This document shows, one piece after another, positions 1-10,694 of a DNA stretch of 64,000 nt. A program made the translations under genes and the position numbers. How positions within the stretch are numbered: the stretch's first letter is position 1; every line of letters begins with the position of its first letter. The notes beneath the pieces are model-generated. The model made no database searches and was not told the DNA's origin. It worked only from the letters and a program-made list of their open reading frames with translations. This DNA comes from Candidatus Methanomethylicia archaeon (GTDB taxonomy: Archaea > Thermoproteota > Methanomethylicia > CALHIW01): NCBI GenBank assembly GCA_038845975.1, contig JAWBQF010000001.1, positions 96,743 through 160,742 of the forward strand, in the 5' to 3' direction.

Positions 1-516
1 GCTTCCTATTTGAATTTGATAGGAGGGATGTTAGGATTATGGTTGATGATACTATTATAAGTGTAGGTTCTAAGAGTAAGGTTGTTTATGTTGCATTCGA
101 GCCATTATTAAGAAGGATTCTACATATGGGTTTGCGATGTTGCAAATATACTTACATCACTAGCATTCCTTAAAAGATTAGAGCTATCTATGGTTCAAAT
201 ATAATTGTATTAAGTGATGGAGCTCAATACTATAAAGCATCATGTAAAATATTAAAATTAAAACATGATATAGTTTAGAGGTTAAGAATCTAATGGAGAG
301 AATAATACAATACATTAAGGATAGAACTAAGCTATTCGATAACTACATACCTTGTATGAAGGATAGATGTGATGGTGAACATGCATTAATGCTTATAAAA
401 TCAATAGCATACATACTGAACGAAACATGGATTAACAAGAAAATAAAAGCTAAGGAATTCATAGAAGATACAATACCAAAATAGAGGTGATAAAACATGC
501 TTAAGTTAACAAAGCC
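1..516 (+). mobile_element. IS6-family element copy 1 (left part outside window), frameshifted DDE transposase
   Basis: Near-identical to 30194-30916 (reverse complement). Transposase fragments MVDDT.., LSDGA, MERIIQYIKDRTKLFDNY. Ends in GTTAACAAAGCC at 505-516 (TIR). Confidence 0.8.
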
Positions 517-519
517 CTC

Positions 520-748
520 ATACGACACTATAAAGTTACCTTCAATATAGCAGTTAGAGGTAACTTTATAGTGGATTCAAGTGGATTATTCATGGTAAAG
601 CCAGTATTTAAAAATGAAACTATAATTTATGCATCTACATACAGATCTATGGAGAGCAAATAAAGCGTACTCTGATTCTTTAGGTTACTACTCACGTCCA
701 GACATATTTCAGCTATTCATGAATCAAAAACCAATAACACCATCATAG
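520..748 (+). pseudogene. Nitrilase/carbon-nitrogen hydrolase C-terminal remnant
   Basis: Hand translation FNIAVRGNFIVDSSG..PVFKNETIIYA, then a frameshift to KAYSDSLGYYSRPDIFQLFMNQKP. This resembles the nitrilase C-terminal D..GHYSRPD.F.L motif. The 5' part is replaced by the IS end. Confidence 0.55.
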
Positions 749-849
749 CCTCCAAACAAGTTAACCTTCCTAATTTATGTAGCTAGAAGCTTTTATATAT
801 TTATCTAAATATTTAAAATCACTATGTCTTAAAATATAGAGATGATGAA

Positions 850-2142
850 ATGAGTACTCAGAGGGTTAAAGAGGTTTATATACGTAGCTATGGATGTTCA
901 ATGAATTTAGCTCAAAGCGAATTCATAGCTGGATGCTTAAGGAATTATGGATATAATATTACGAATAGCATTAAGGAAGCTGATATCATTATTTTTAATA
1001 CTTGTGCTGTAAAAAAGCCTACTGAAGATAAGATTATTAGCGCTATTAAAGCAGTTCCTGAGGATAAGAAGATCATTGTTACTGGCTGTTTAACAATGGT
1101 TAATTTAAACCGTATTTTAAGCGAAGCAAGAGTTAATGGTGTTATCGGACCATTTCCAGGTAGTGCTATCATTGATATTGTTAAGGAAGTTGAAAAAAAT
1201 AATAAGTTAACTATTTTAAGAAATGACTTTAAACCTCCATTAACAACACCAAGAATTCCTACCTCATCAATTATTAGAGTTATTCCAATAGCTTATGGCT
1301 GCCTAGGAGAATGTACATATTGCTGTGAAAAAATCGCTGCTGGATATTTAAGAAGTTATAGCATTAAGGAGATTACTGAAGCTGTTAAAGAAGCTATTAG
1401 TAAGGGAGTTTTGGAAATCTGGTTAAGCAGTCATGATTGCGGCTGCTATGGCTATGATATTGGTGTTAATCTAGGAAAGCTACTTAGGGAAATAATAGGT
1501 ATTAGTAGAGAGTTCTATGTTAGAATCGGTATGATGAGTCCAGATACGGCTCTTAAAATTGTAAATGAACTAATAGAAGCATATAGGAGCGGGAAGGTGT
1601 TTAGATTTATACATATTCCAGTTCAGAGCGGAGATGATCATGTATTGAAGCTTATGAAACGTAAATATACAGTTGATGATTTTAAAAATCTCATAAATAA
1701 GCTAAGAGAAAATATTCCAGATATAACTATAGTTACAGATATTATATGTGGATTTCCTGGAGAAACAGATAATGCCTTTGAAAACTCTATTAAACTTATT
1801 AGAGAGGTAGAGCCTGATTTCGTTAATGTATCGAAGTTCGGTCCAAGACCAGGTACACCAGCAGCTAAAATGAGAAAGCTACCTACAAGAATAGTTAAAG
1901 AGAGAAGTAGAATAATGAGTAGACTTGCAACAGATATAGCTATTAGGAGAAATATGAAGTGGATTGGATGGATTGGCAACATCATAGTTGATGAGGAGGG
2001 TAGGAATGGAACTGTTATGGGTAGAAACTATGCATATAAGCCTATAGTTGTAAGTGGTGGAAGAGAACTTATAGGGAAAATCGTTAAGGTGAAAATTATT
2101 GATGTAGCATCTACACATTTAAAAGGGGTTTTAGTAAATTAA
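850..2142 (+). CDS. mtaB: tRNA t6A37 methylthiotransferase (archaeal MtaB/CDKAL1-like)
   Basis: N-terminal YGCSMN..NTCAVK..GC (UPF0004), CxxxCxxC (CLGECTYC), HIPVQSG, GFPGET, C-terminal TRAM domain. Confidence 0.85.
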   Translation: MSTQRVKEVYIRSYGCSMNLAQSEFIAGCLRNYGYNITNSIKEADIIIFNTCAVKKPTEDKIISAIKAVPEDKKIIVTGCLTMVNLNRILSEARVNGVIGPFPGSAIIDIVKEVEKNNKLTILRNDFKPPLTTPRIPTSSIIRVIPIAYGCLGECTYCCEKIAAGYLRSYSIKEITEAVKEAISKGVLEIWLSSHDCGCYGYDIGVNLGKLLREIIGISREFYVRIGMMSPDTALKIVNELIEAYRSGKVFRFIHIPVQSGDDHVLKLMKRKYTVDDFKNLINKLRENIPDITIVTDIICGFPGETDNAFENSIKLIREVEPDFVNVSKFGPRPGTPAAKMRKLPTRIVKERSRIMSRLATDIAIRRNMKWIGWIGNIIVDEEGRNGTVMGRNYAYKPIVVSGGRELIGKIVKVKIIDVASTHLKGVLVN

Positions 2143-2166
2143 TATTTAATTGATTACTGTGACCTT

Positions 2167-3873
2167 ATGAAGATCATAATATTAGATGGATATACTGATG
2201 AACCTGCAGGTCTCGGTGTCCCACCATACCTTGATGTTTACCCTAGATATGTTGCTGGAGCAATATGGACTGCTGAAAAGAACGCAGATATTAGATATTT
2301 TACTATAGATGATGTACGTAGAGATACTGGAAGATTCATTGAGCAAGCATTAAAATCTGATCTAGTTATACTTATTGCTGGAGTATGTGTTCCAGGTAGA
2401 TATTTAGGCGGTGATCCGATTAAGCCATGGGAGATTACACGGCTAGCTAGATTGATTGAAAAACCTATTAAAATCATAGGTGGACCTGTAGCTCAATTCG
2501 GTCTTGGTGTTGAGGGCGGTAAAGTTGTTGAGCCGCCTGAATTCTCAGATCTTTTCGATATTGTTGTTAAGGGAGATATTGAGGTTGTAGTTTATAGACT
2601 TATTAAAGAAAAATCTATTGAGAAGATAGATCCATTTGAAAAGAGACCTAGCCAGAAATTCATAAGTAAATTCGCTACTAGAGGAGCTGAAATCATTACC
2701 CAACATCCATGCTATAAGTTAAACCTAATATGTGAAGTTGAAACTTATCGCGGATGTCCTAGAGCTATTATTGGTGGATGCTCGTTTTGTATTGAACCAC
2801 TGAAAGGATTACCTGATTTTAGACCTGTAAAGGATATTGTAGAGGAAATTAAAGCTCTATACTCCTACGGTGTTAGATTCATAAGACTTGGCCGACAACC
2901 AGACTTCTTCACATATAATGCTGAAAACATAGGAGAAGTAGAGTTTCCAAAACCAAAACCTGAAGAAATTAGGAGGCTTCTCCATGGAATAAGAACTGTA
3001 GCACCGGATCTACATACACTTCATATAGATAATGTTAATCCTGGAACAATATATCACCATAAGGAGGAAGCTAAGAAAATAATTAAGATAATAATTGAAT
3101 ATCATACACCAGGTGATGTTGCAGCATTCGGTGTTGAATCTGCAGATCCAAAAGTTGTAAAAATGAATGGGTTAAAGGTAATGCCTGAAGAAGCTTTTGA
3201 AGCTATTAAAATAGTTAATGAATTCGGAGCAGTTAGAGGATGGAATGGTTTACCCCATCTCCTACCAGGAATAAACTTTGTTCATGGATTAATAGGTGAA
3301 ACAAGAGAAACATACAGTTTAAACTATCAGTTTCTAGAAAGAATACTTAAAGAGAATCTTCTAGTGAGAAGAATAAACATAAGACAGGTAATGATCTTCA
3401 AAAACACAAAAATGTGGAGTTACGGAGCCTCAATAATAAGTAAACATAGAGAAACATTTAGAAAATATAAGGAGATGATTAGGAAAAACATTGACTTACC
3501 AATGATTAGAAAGATCGTGCCTAAATGGACTGTTTTAAGGGAATGCTTTATTGAAAACCATAATGGAGGACTAACTTATGCTAGACAAGTAGCTTCATAC
3601 CCATTACTCATATGTTCAAAAACAAAGCTTGAGCTTAATAAATTCATAGACTTCATAATTGTAGACCATGGATATAGATCTGTAATAGGCATACCATACC
3701 CTATCGATATAAATCGTTTAGAAAGAAGAGTTCTAGAGGATATACCTGGAATAACGAAACTTAAAGCTTCAAGAATAATAGCTAATAGACCGTTTAAGAG
3801 TTTTGAGGAATTTAAATCTATACTAAACGATGATAATCTAGCAAAAATCTTAGAGAAACACATATCATTTTAA
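2167..3873 (+). CDS. Uncharacterised archaeal radical SAM protein with C-terminal helix-hairpin-helix (COG1031-like)
   Basis: DGYTDEPAGLGVPPY N-terminus, extended motif GCPRAIIGGCSFC, C-terminal IPGI..KA.RI..NRPF HhH. Confidence 0.8.
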   Translation: MKIIILDGYTDEPAGLGVPPYLDVYPRYVAGAIWTAEKNADIRYFTIDDVRRDTGRFIEQALKSDLVILIAGVCVPGRYLGGDPIKPWEITRLARLIEKPIKIIGGPVAQFGLGVEGGKVVEPPEFSDLFDIVVKGDIEVVVYRLIKEKSIEKIDPFEKRPSQKFISKFATRGAEIITQHPCYKLNLICEVETYRGCPRAIIGGCSFCIEPLKGLPDFRPVKDIVEEIKALYSYGVRFIRLGRQPDFFTYNAENIGEVEFPKPKPEEIRRLLHGIRTVAPDLHTLHIDNVNPGTIYHHKEEAKKIIKIIIEYHTPGDVAAFGVESADPKVVKMNGLKVMPEEAFEAIKIVNEFGAVRGWNGLPHLLPGINFVHGLIGETRETYSLNYQFLERILKENLLVRRINIRQVMIFKNTKMWSYGASIISKHRETFRKYKEMIRKNIDLPMIRKIVPKWTVLRECFIENHNGGLTYARQVASYPLLICSKTKLELNKFIDFIIVDHGYRSVIGIPYPIDINRLERRVLEDIPGITKLKASRIIANRPFKSFEEFKSILNDDNLAKILEKHISF

Positions 3874-3947
3874 ATCATAAATTTAATCATGGCTAACTGA
3901 AGTTTACTAGCAAGATAAGATTAAATTCCAGTAATCTATCTAAATCT

Positions 3948-4499
3948 ATGATTTCGCGAAGTGAAGCTTTAAATCTTTTAAATAGCTATATTAAGGATAA
4001 ACGATTACTTAAACATTGTCTAGCTGTTGAAGCAATAATGAGGAGGCTAGCTGAGAAATTAAATGAGGAAATTGAGCTTTGGGGTTTAACAGGCTTACTT
4101 CACGATATAGATTATGAAGTTGTATCAGGAGATATGAGTAAACATGGCCTCGAGGTAGTAAACATAGTTAAAAATAAACTTCCAAGCAGTGCATTAGAAG
4201 CTATTAAATCCCATAATGAAAGACTAGGAGTAATAAGTAATTCCAAAATATCAAAGGCTTTAAGAGCTGCGGATCATCTTTCAGGACTTATAATAGCTAC
4301 AGCTCTAGTTATGCCGAATAAGAAATTAAGCGAGGTAACAGTAAAAAGCTTAATGAAGAAGTTTAAGCAGAAAGATTTTGCCAGTGGAATTAATAGATTA
4401 AGAATTCAAACATGCATAGAAATAGGCTTAACCCTCGAAGAATTTTTAGAAATAGGCTTAGAAGCACTTCAAAAAATACATCTGGACTTAGAGTTATAG
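3948..4499 (+). CDS. HDIG-domain metal-dependent phosphohydrolase
   Basis: KHCLAVEAIM, GLLHDIDY, H..AAD motifs. Confidence 0.8.
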   Translation: MISRSEALNLLNSYIKDKRLLKHCLAVEAIMRRLAEKLNEEIELWGLTGLLHDIDYEVVSGDMSKHGLEVVNIVKNKLPSSALEAIKSHNERLGVISNSKISKALRAADHLSGLIIATALVMPNKKLSEVTVKSLMKKFKQKDFASGINRLRIQTCIEIGLTLEEFLEIGLEALQKIHLDLEL

Positions 4500-4690
4500 T
4501 ATTGATGAACAGTATAAGTAATCAGCTGAATAGTATGAAGTATCATAATAGGCATACATTGAACTATTTAAAATAGCTCTACCTAGTAATTAAGCCAGTA
4601 TTGAATTAATGATTTTAAGGAGGATCTCAGTATATTTCTCTTAAAGTTATTAACATAAATACTTATAGGTTTAGATTTGATTAGGAGTTT

Positions 4691-5386
4691 ATGATTATAG
4701 ATAGGATTAATGTGTTTAAATGTTGGATTTTAATAAGAGAAAGTAGAGTTACAGCTATTGTTAAGCATAATGGAGATATTTATAGAGCACTTTTAAGGAA
4801 CACGGGAAAGCTTCAAGACCTAATATATCCAGGTTCACAGGTATTATGTAGCTTTAAAAGTAGTGGTAGGACGAGTATAAATATTGTTGGAGTTATTGTT
4901 AATGATGAAGCAGTATTGGTTGATACATATATTCAAATGAAGATGTTTGAGAAGGCATGTAGTATAGGACTAATACCGTGGCTTAAGGAGTGTACAATAC
5001 GGAATAGAGAGGTTAAAGTTAAAGGAGGAAGAATTGATTATAGAATAGAATGTAATGGTGTTGAAGGATTTCTTGAATTGAAATCCGCAGTACTATTTAA
5101 GGATGGTTATGCAATGTATCCTGATACACCTTCTAAAAGAGGATTAAAACACATATTACTTCTAAGAGATTTAAGAAAGGAGGGATATAGAGCAATTATA
5201 GCCTTTATAGTAGCTCATCCAAAAGCTGAAGCTTTTAAACCTTATGTGGAGGTTGATAAACGGATAGGTTATGAGTTGAAGGAAGCAATTAAGACTGGAG
5301 TTGAGGTTTACGCTGTTAAAATGTATTTGAAACTTGATGGGACTATAGTTATTGAAGACCCAAATGTTAGATGTGAAATCATATAG
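4691..5386 (+). CDS. sfsA: SfsA DNA/RNA nuclease
   Basis: NTGKL, RID..ELKS, YPDTPSKRGLKH motifs. Confidence 0.85.
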   Translation: MIIDRINVFKCWILIRESRVTAIVKHNGDIYRALLRNTGKLQDLIYPGSQVLCSFKSSGRTSINIVGVIVNDEAVLVDTYIQMKMFEKACSIGLIPWLKECTIRNREVKVKGGRIDYRIECNGVEGFLELKSAVLFKDGYAMYPDTPSKRGLKHILLLRDLRKEGYRAIIAFIVAHPKAEAFKPYVEVDKRIGYELKEAIKTGVEVYAVKMYLKLDGTIVIEDPNVRCEII

Positions 5387-5518
5387 CTTAACAATTAACT
5401 GAATACTAAAGCTACTTTATATTATGGTTCTGCAAGCCAACATGTTAATTGCGAGATAGAGTATTTAGTAGGACATGTTTTATCTATATAGTCTTCCAGT
5501 AATATTAATGGTAATTGT

Positions 5519-6805
5519 TTACTCTACTTTTCTATAACTAATACCTGTATGTTTCACTATTGAGTTCGGCGGTATATCTCTATAAACCACTACACCTGGA
5601 TATATCCAGCTCCACGCACCTATTTTCACTCCAGGCATTATTGATACGTTTATTCCGGTTCTTACATGTCCACCTATAATTGCTCCAAGCTTTTTCCTTC
5701 CAGTATCTATTCTCTCCTCCTTTATATTCATCTTTATGTTTTCTTCATCAAATCTAAAGTTTGCAGTTACGGTTCCAGCCCCCAGATTTACATCTTCACA
5801 TATCACACTATCACCAACATAGTTTAAATGAGGAAGCTTAGTATTCTCCATTATTACACTTTCCTTAACCTCAACGCTTGAACCTATCTTAACGTTACTA
5901 CATAGCACAGTATATGGTCTTATATATGTATTAGGACCTATCTCACAGTTCTCTCCAATATATACTGGACCCTCAATATATGTTCCACTCTTAATAATGC
6001 TTCCAGCTCCAATATATATGGGGCCCTTAATTACAACATTATCTTCAATATCCCCATTAACAGTTCTATCCATCATTCTTCGAAGTAGAGTTTTATTTGC
6101 ATCAATTACATTCCATGGTTTGCCAATATCCATCCAGTAGTCTTCAGGTATATGGATGGCTTTAATATTCCTCCCACTTCTAATAGCTAGCTTAATAGCA
6201 TCTGTAAGTTCAAGTTCACCTCTTGGAGATGGCTTAACATCGTCAATGTAGTTAAATATGCTAGAGTTTAAAAGATATATTCCAGTATTAACATAGATAT
6301 TACTTACAATATCTGATTGTTTAGGCTTCTCAATAATATCTACTACCTTAAATCCATCAGTAATAACAACACCATAATTCCATGGATCATTAACTCTTGC
6401 AACCCCAATAGCCATATCCCCATGGGAGTTAATAATACTAGATATCGGTGAGCTATTAAGTATAAATAGGTCGCCATATACAAGAAGAAATCTATTACTA
6501 ACAAGACCTCTAACTTTAGAAACAGCATGGGCTGTACCAAGCTCTCCATTCTGCTCAATAATATTAATATTGGCTTCAATATGCTTAGCATAGTCCAGCA
6601 ATATCTTCTTAACCATATCCTTCATATAGTTAACAACAACATGAAAATTTACAATACCAACCTCTCTAATAACTTTAAGAATATGTATTAAGAGGGGATT
6701 ACCTAGAAGAGGAATTAACGGTTTAGGTCTTGTTTGTGTAATAGGATCTAGTCGAATACCTCTACCTGCAGCTAAAATTACAGCATCATATACGTTTAAA
6801 TACAT
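5519..6805 (-). CDS. glmU: Bifunctional sugar-1-phosphate nucleotidyltransferase/acetyltransferase (archaeal GlmU-like)
   Basis: LAAGRGIRL..T..RPKP, IEKP, SPRGELELTD, hexapeptide repeats, YVGDS..NLGAGT. Confidence 0.85.
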   Translation of the reverse strand: MYLNVYDAVILAAGRGIRLDPITQTRPKPLIPLLGNPLLIHILKVIREVGIVNFHVVVNYMKDMVKKILLDYAKHIEANINIIEQNGELGTAHAVSKVRGLVSNRFLLVYGDLFILNSSPISSIINSHGDMAIGVARVNDPWNYGVVITDGFKVVDIIEKPKQSDIVSNIYVNTGIYLLNSSIFNYIDDVKPSPRGELELTDAIKLAIRSGRNIKAIHIPEDYWMDIGKPWNVIDANKTLLRRMMDRTVNGDIEDNVVIKGPIYIGAGSIIKSGTYIEGPVYIGENCEIGPNTYIRPYTVLCSNVKIGSSVEVKESVIMENTKLPHLNYVGDSVICEDVNLGAGTVTANFRFDEENIKMNIKEERIDTGRKKLGAIIGGHVRTGINVSIMPGVKIGAWSWIYPGVVVYRDIPPNSIVKHTGISYRKVE

Positions 6806-6893
6806 AATTTACTAAGCTAGTAGTAGCTTAAATACTTAAGCTAATAGTATTAACTAGCAGAAGATATTTATATTTGCATTAACTCAACCTTTA

Positions 6894-7961
6894 ATGAATA
6901 CTAAAAGAAACATCTACTTAACAATAGTACCTGTAACGACAGCATTTATTATTAGCTTATGGATTCACCATCCAAACTTTACTTTTAGTTTCTACTCTGA
7001 CATAGTATGGTTTTGGTATAGAGTTGAAGTAGCAAGCGGGAAAATACCATACATAGAATACAACTTCGAATATCCAGTTATTAGTGGCTTAATAGTTTAT
7101 TTAGCATCTCTAACTAAATATGTTGAAAGCTACTACCTAACAATTAGCTTAGTAATATATCTATGCCTACTAGGTAGTTTAATTCTAACATTGAAAATAG
7201 CTAGAAATATAGAGCCATATAGAGTTTTAATGTTTACGGTATTTACATCGTCATTCATAATTTATAGCGTCTATAGTTTTGACTGGATAGGAAACTTCCT
7301 TTTAATACTATCCATATACTTCTTCCTCCACAAGAAATTAGCTACATCAGGATTTACATTGGGATTGGCAGGAGCAACACGAATTATTCCATTAATCTGT
7401 ATGTTAGCATTTATTAGTGAAATTAAGGATTTAAGTAATAGGGCTAAATACATAGTAGCTACAATTCTAGGATTACTTATACCGAACATCTACTTTCTAG
7501 TTAAAAACTTTAATGGAGCTATACATCCATATATTTATCAGGCTACATGGAGAGTTGAAGATAGCTGGATAGCAATAGTACCTTTCAATCATCAATTAGC
7601 ATCGCTAATAGTTATGACGATTATGATTACCATAGTAATGCTTAAATGGAGTGGAGATATCATATTTAAATGTGGACTTCTATTATTTACATTTATGATT
7701 TCAAGCTATAAATTCCCACCACAATACTTCATACAGCTACTTCCATTTTCAGCTTTAACTACGAAAAGATACTCAGCCTTTGTAATAGCAGATCTATTAA
7801 ATTCAGCAATAATACTTGGATGGTTTACACCATCTTTTAGCTTTGGGGATCCATGGTTAATATCAAGTCCTGTACAGTGGTGTGCAGTAGCAAGACAAGC
7901 AATACTACTATACATAGTCATAGATTCATTACGACCTAATAAAACTATCAATAGCTCCTAA
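6894..7961 (+). CDS. Multi-TM GT-C glycosyltransferase (GT87/PIG-M-like)
   Basis: YSDI..PY..Y.FEYP loop, many TM helices, late PQY motif. Confidence 0.6.
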   Translation: MNTKRNIYLTIVPVTTAFIISLWIHHPNFTFSFYSDIVWFWYRVEVASGKIPYIEYNFEYPVISGLIVYLASLTKYVESYYLTISLVIYLCLLGSLILTLKIARNIEPYRVLMFTVFTSSFIIYSVYSFDWIGNFLLILSIYFFLHKKLATSGFTLGLAGATRIIPLICMLAFISEIKDLSNRAKYIVATILGLLIPNIYFLVKNFNGAIHPYIYQATWRVEDSWIAIVPFNHQLASLIVMTIMITIVMLKWSGDIIFKCGLLLFTFMISSYKFPPQYFIQLLPFSALTTKRYSAFVIADLLNSAIILGWFTPSFSFGDPWLISSPVQWCAVARQAILLYIVIDSLRPNKTINSS

Positions 7962-8050
7962 ACAGGAACTGTAAGAGTAAAATAGAGATTTAACAGTATT
8001 ATTCAGTTAATACTCAGTAATGTTTAAATCTATGATTTTAAAAGTTCTAT

Positions 8051-8740
8051 ATGATTATTGTTGGTCATAGGGGATGTGCAGGTATTGAGCCTGAAAACAC
8101 TTTAAGAAGTATTTTGAAAGCTGTTGAATATGGAGTTGAATATGTTGAGGTTGATGTTAGAACATGTAAAACAGGAGAAATTGTTGTTATTCATGATGCA
8201 ACAGTTGGTAGAACTACTAATGGGGTTGGCTATGTTAGGGACTTAAGTCTTAATGAGCTTAAAAATCTTAATGCAGGTAAAGGTGAAAAAATACCAACAC
8301 TAGAGGAAGCCATAGATGTTACTAATGGCAAATGCGGATTAATAGTAGAGATTAAAGAGGAAAACATATGGAGGAAAACATTAGAAATCATTGAAGAGAA
8401 GGGGATGGTAAGAAATACTATTATAGCTTCATTCTATCATACAGTGGTTAAAGATGTAAAAATCAATTACCCTGATGTTAAATGTGGAGTTATATTTACA
8501 TGTGAGCCTGTAAACCCTTCAATACTAGCTCTTGATGCTAAGGCTGAAATTATAATTCCAAACCATAACTACATCACTCAAAAACTTATTACTAACGCTC
8601 ATAAATTTAACTTAAAAATCATAGCATGGACTGTTAATAAATTTGAGGATGGAGTAAAGCTTCTTAAGCAAGGTGTAGATGGATTAGCTACAGACAGACC
8701 TGACATAATGGTAAAGCTTAAACAGTTAGATAAATCATAG
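8051..8740 (+). CDS. Glycerophosphodiester phosphodiesterase (GDPD)
   Basis: GHRG..PENT, EVDV, HD..RTT, EIK, AWTVN, TDRP. Confidence 0.9.
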   Translation: MIIVGHRGCAGIEPENTLRSILKAVEYGVEYVEVDVRTCKTGEIVVIHDATVGRTTNGVGYVRDLSLNELKNLNAGKGEKIPTLEEAIDVTNGKCGLIVEIKEENIWRKTLEIIEEKGMVRNTIIASFYHTVVKDVKINYPDVKCGVIFTCEPVNPSILALDAKAEIIIPNHNYITQKLITNAHKFNLKIIAWTVNKFEDGVKLLKQGVDGLATDRPDIMVKLKQLDKS

Positions 8741-9387
8741 GCTTTCTAAAAATTAAACTTACAACTTCAAGAAAGTTATGAAAGAACATTTAAACAAGAA
8801 GGTAAACCGGTGATGTACTCCATAAATTAATAGTAAAGCTTGAAGAGCTAATTAATGAAGACGCTTAAAATTCCATAACATCAAACATAGAAGTATAAAA
8901 TCATAGATATTATTTTATCCTAACCATAAAATCTAATTATTCATAGAGTATAAGTAGCATGATTAGAGAATTTGACGTGTTAATATTAAAATATCTTAAA
9001 CATTGTTGTAGAATATGTTCAAAATTAAGGATTGACTATTTAGTTATAGATAGTTAGAAGTTCATGAATTATGCAAGCATACTCAAAATATAAGTACTTA
9101 CCTGAATAACTTATGAATTGGAGAGAAACTATATATCTATCAAAGACTGTATATCTTAGAATCCTAAATACCCTACAGAAATCTTAAATAGAGCTTAAGT
9201 TATAGGATTAGGATAAATCATTTGCGTAATTTAATTCTTTTTCGTATTTCCACTCATTAAACAATACGATTAAAATACTCATTATAGCCTTTCCCTTACT
9301 CCTTATAAATTTAGATATAAGAATTTAAAGCTAAGTTATAATGCGAAAACATAGCTAGATTTAAATATGAGTAGGTTAGGGTAATTT

Positions 9388-10182
9388 GTGAGTAATAATG
9401 CTTTAGAGCTAGGTAGAATTATATTCATACCTAATATGGATATATACGGGTTTAATATAAGAATAACTGATAAAGTTGGGGTGGAGGTAAATATATTAGC
9501 TACTCTTAAGAAGTATAGAGTCAACATAATCTATGCTTTAATATCCATATCACCTCAAAATATTAGCCAGAAACTTGGAGTATTTATATGTAATTTTACA
9601 GGTTTAGATGTTAAACCTGTAAATATTCTTGATGAAATCAAGAATATTGATGGTGTTATAGATGCTGAGATCATACAGCCTATTAAGAAAGGATTTATCA
9701 TTGATGATAGACATTTCCCACTATTTTTAGGCGGAGTTAGGACTGTAGTTTTTAGACAATTTATAGTTGAAGGATTACTGAAGAGGTTAAGGGAGCAGTA
9801 TGGTTCAGCCTTTGATATAATACTCTACCATCAAGGCTTCGAGACAGGTAAAGTAACATACAAATACTTTGAGGAGAACTATTGTCTAGGCGGTATTGAG
9901 GAGTTTATAAAAGCTGATACTGCAATTGCAAAGGCGGTAGGCTGGTATGAGCTAATCATTGAAAAAATAGATTTAAAGAATAGAGAAGCAAAAGTTATAT
10001 TAAAAGATTCTTTTGAATGTGTAATGTTTAAAGATTCAAAAACACCTAAATCCAGCTTTACTAGAGGATTTCTAGCGGGATTGTTTACAGAAATATTTAG
10101 AGTGAAAGCTCAAGCATACGAGACTAAATGTATAGCTATAGGAGACCCTTACTGTGAATTCCAAGTAAAAGTGGAACAGTAA
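9388..10182 (+). CDS. ACT-like + V4R domain protein
   Basis: N-terminal ACT-like DKVGV..VNI; C-terminal V4R SFEC..GFLAG..ETKCIAIGDPYCEF. Confidence 0.75.
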   Translation: MSNNALELGRIIFIPNMDIYGFNIRITDKVGVEVNILATLKKYRVNIIYALISISPQNISQKLGVFICNFTGLDVKPVNILDEIKNIDGVIDAEIIQPIKKGFIIDDRHFPLFLGGVRTVVFRQFIVEGLLKRLREQYGSAFDIILYHQGFETGKVTYKYFEENYCLGGIEEFIKADTAIAKAVGWYELIIEKIDLKNREAKVILKDSFECVMFKDSKTPKSSFTRGFLAGLFTEIFRVKAQAYETKCIAIGDPYCEFQVKVEQ

Positions 10183-10248
10183 CATTATAGATACTAGTAG
10201 CTTAAGCGTCAGATTTTATTATTAGTGATTCTTAACTAATAATAAAAT

Positions 10249-10596
10249 CTAAAGTAGCTTAAGATTACCTGTTACTCTATCTAAAACATTATCTAATGCA
10301 GGACCTATACCTACTGCTGTTATTGTTCCAGGTTTAAGCTGTGTTAAGCCAGCATCTTCAATAATAGCTATAGGTAATCCTTCATTTTCGGCTTTTCTCA
10401 CCACATCTAAAAGCTCATCTAAACTATTAGCTTTCAAAACAATTTTCCTTTGACCCTCAGAAAGCCAAGTATCAACCAATTCAGGATTTCTACGTTTAGC
10501 CTCAAGAAATGCTGCTAGAGATGCATGAGCTACCTGTACTGCAATCTTTCCCTTACCCATATCAAGATCAGCTCGTACAACTATAACCTGCTTCAT
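10249..10596 (-). CDS. pth2: Peptidyl-tRNA hydrolase 2
   Basis: KQVIVVRADL.MGKGK..QVAHA, DAGLTQ, GIGP, LKLL terminus. Confidence 0.95.
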   Translation of the reverse strand: MKQVIVVRADLDMGKGKIAVQVAHASLAAFLEAKRRNPELVDTWLSEGQRKIVLKANSLDELLDVVRKAENEGLPIAIIEDAGLTQLKPGTITAVGIGPALDNVLDRVTGNLKLL

Positions 10597-10694
10597 AATA
10601 TTACTCCAATATCTAGAAGCTATTAAGCCTTACTCAAATAAAGTAAACACAATTAAGATTATGTTTCAGTTAGATTTATTAAGTCTATTAAATT

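Noticed and set aside
4502-4563. TGATGA...CTGA pattern resembling a C/D box sRNA
   Set aside because: C' and D boxes are degenerate, and the guides are very AT-rich, so unlikely to pair with thermophile rRNA.
8760-9240. Long intergenic stretch that may be a decayed gene (also 13000-13480, 20640-21060, 29420-29730, 37600-37960, 40920-41300)
   Set aside because: No family motif identifiable by eye with confidence.
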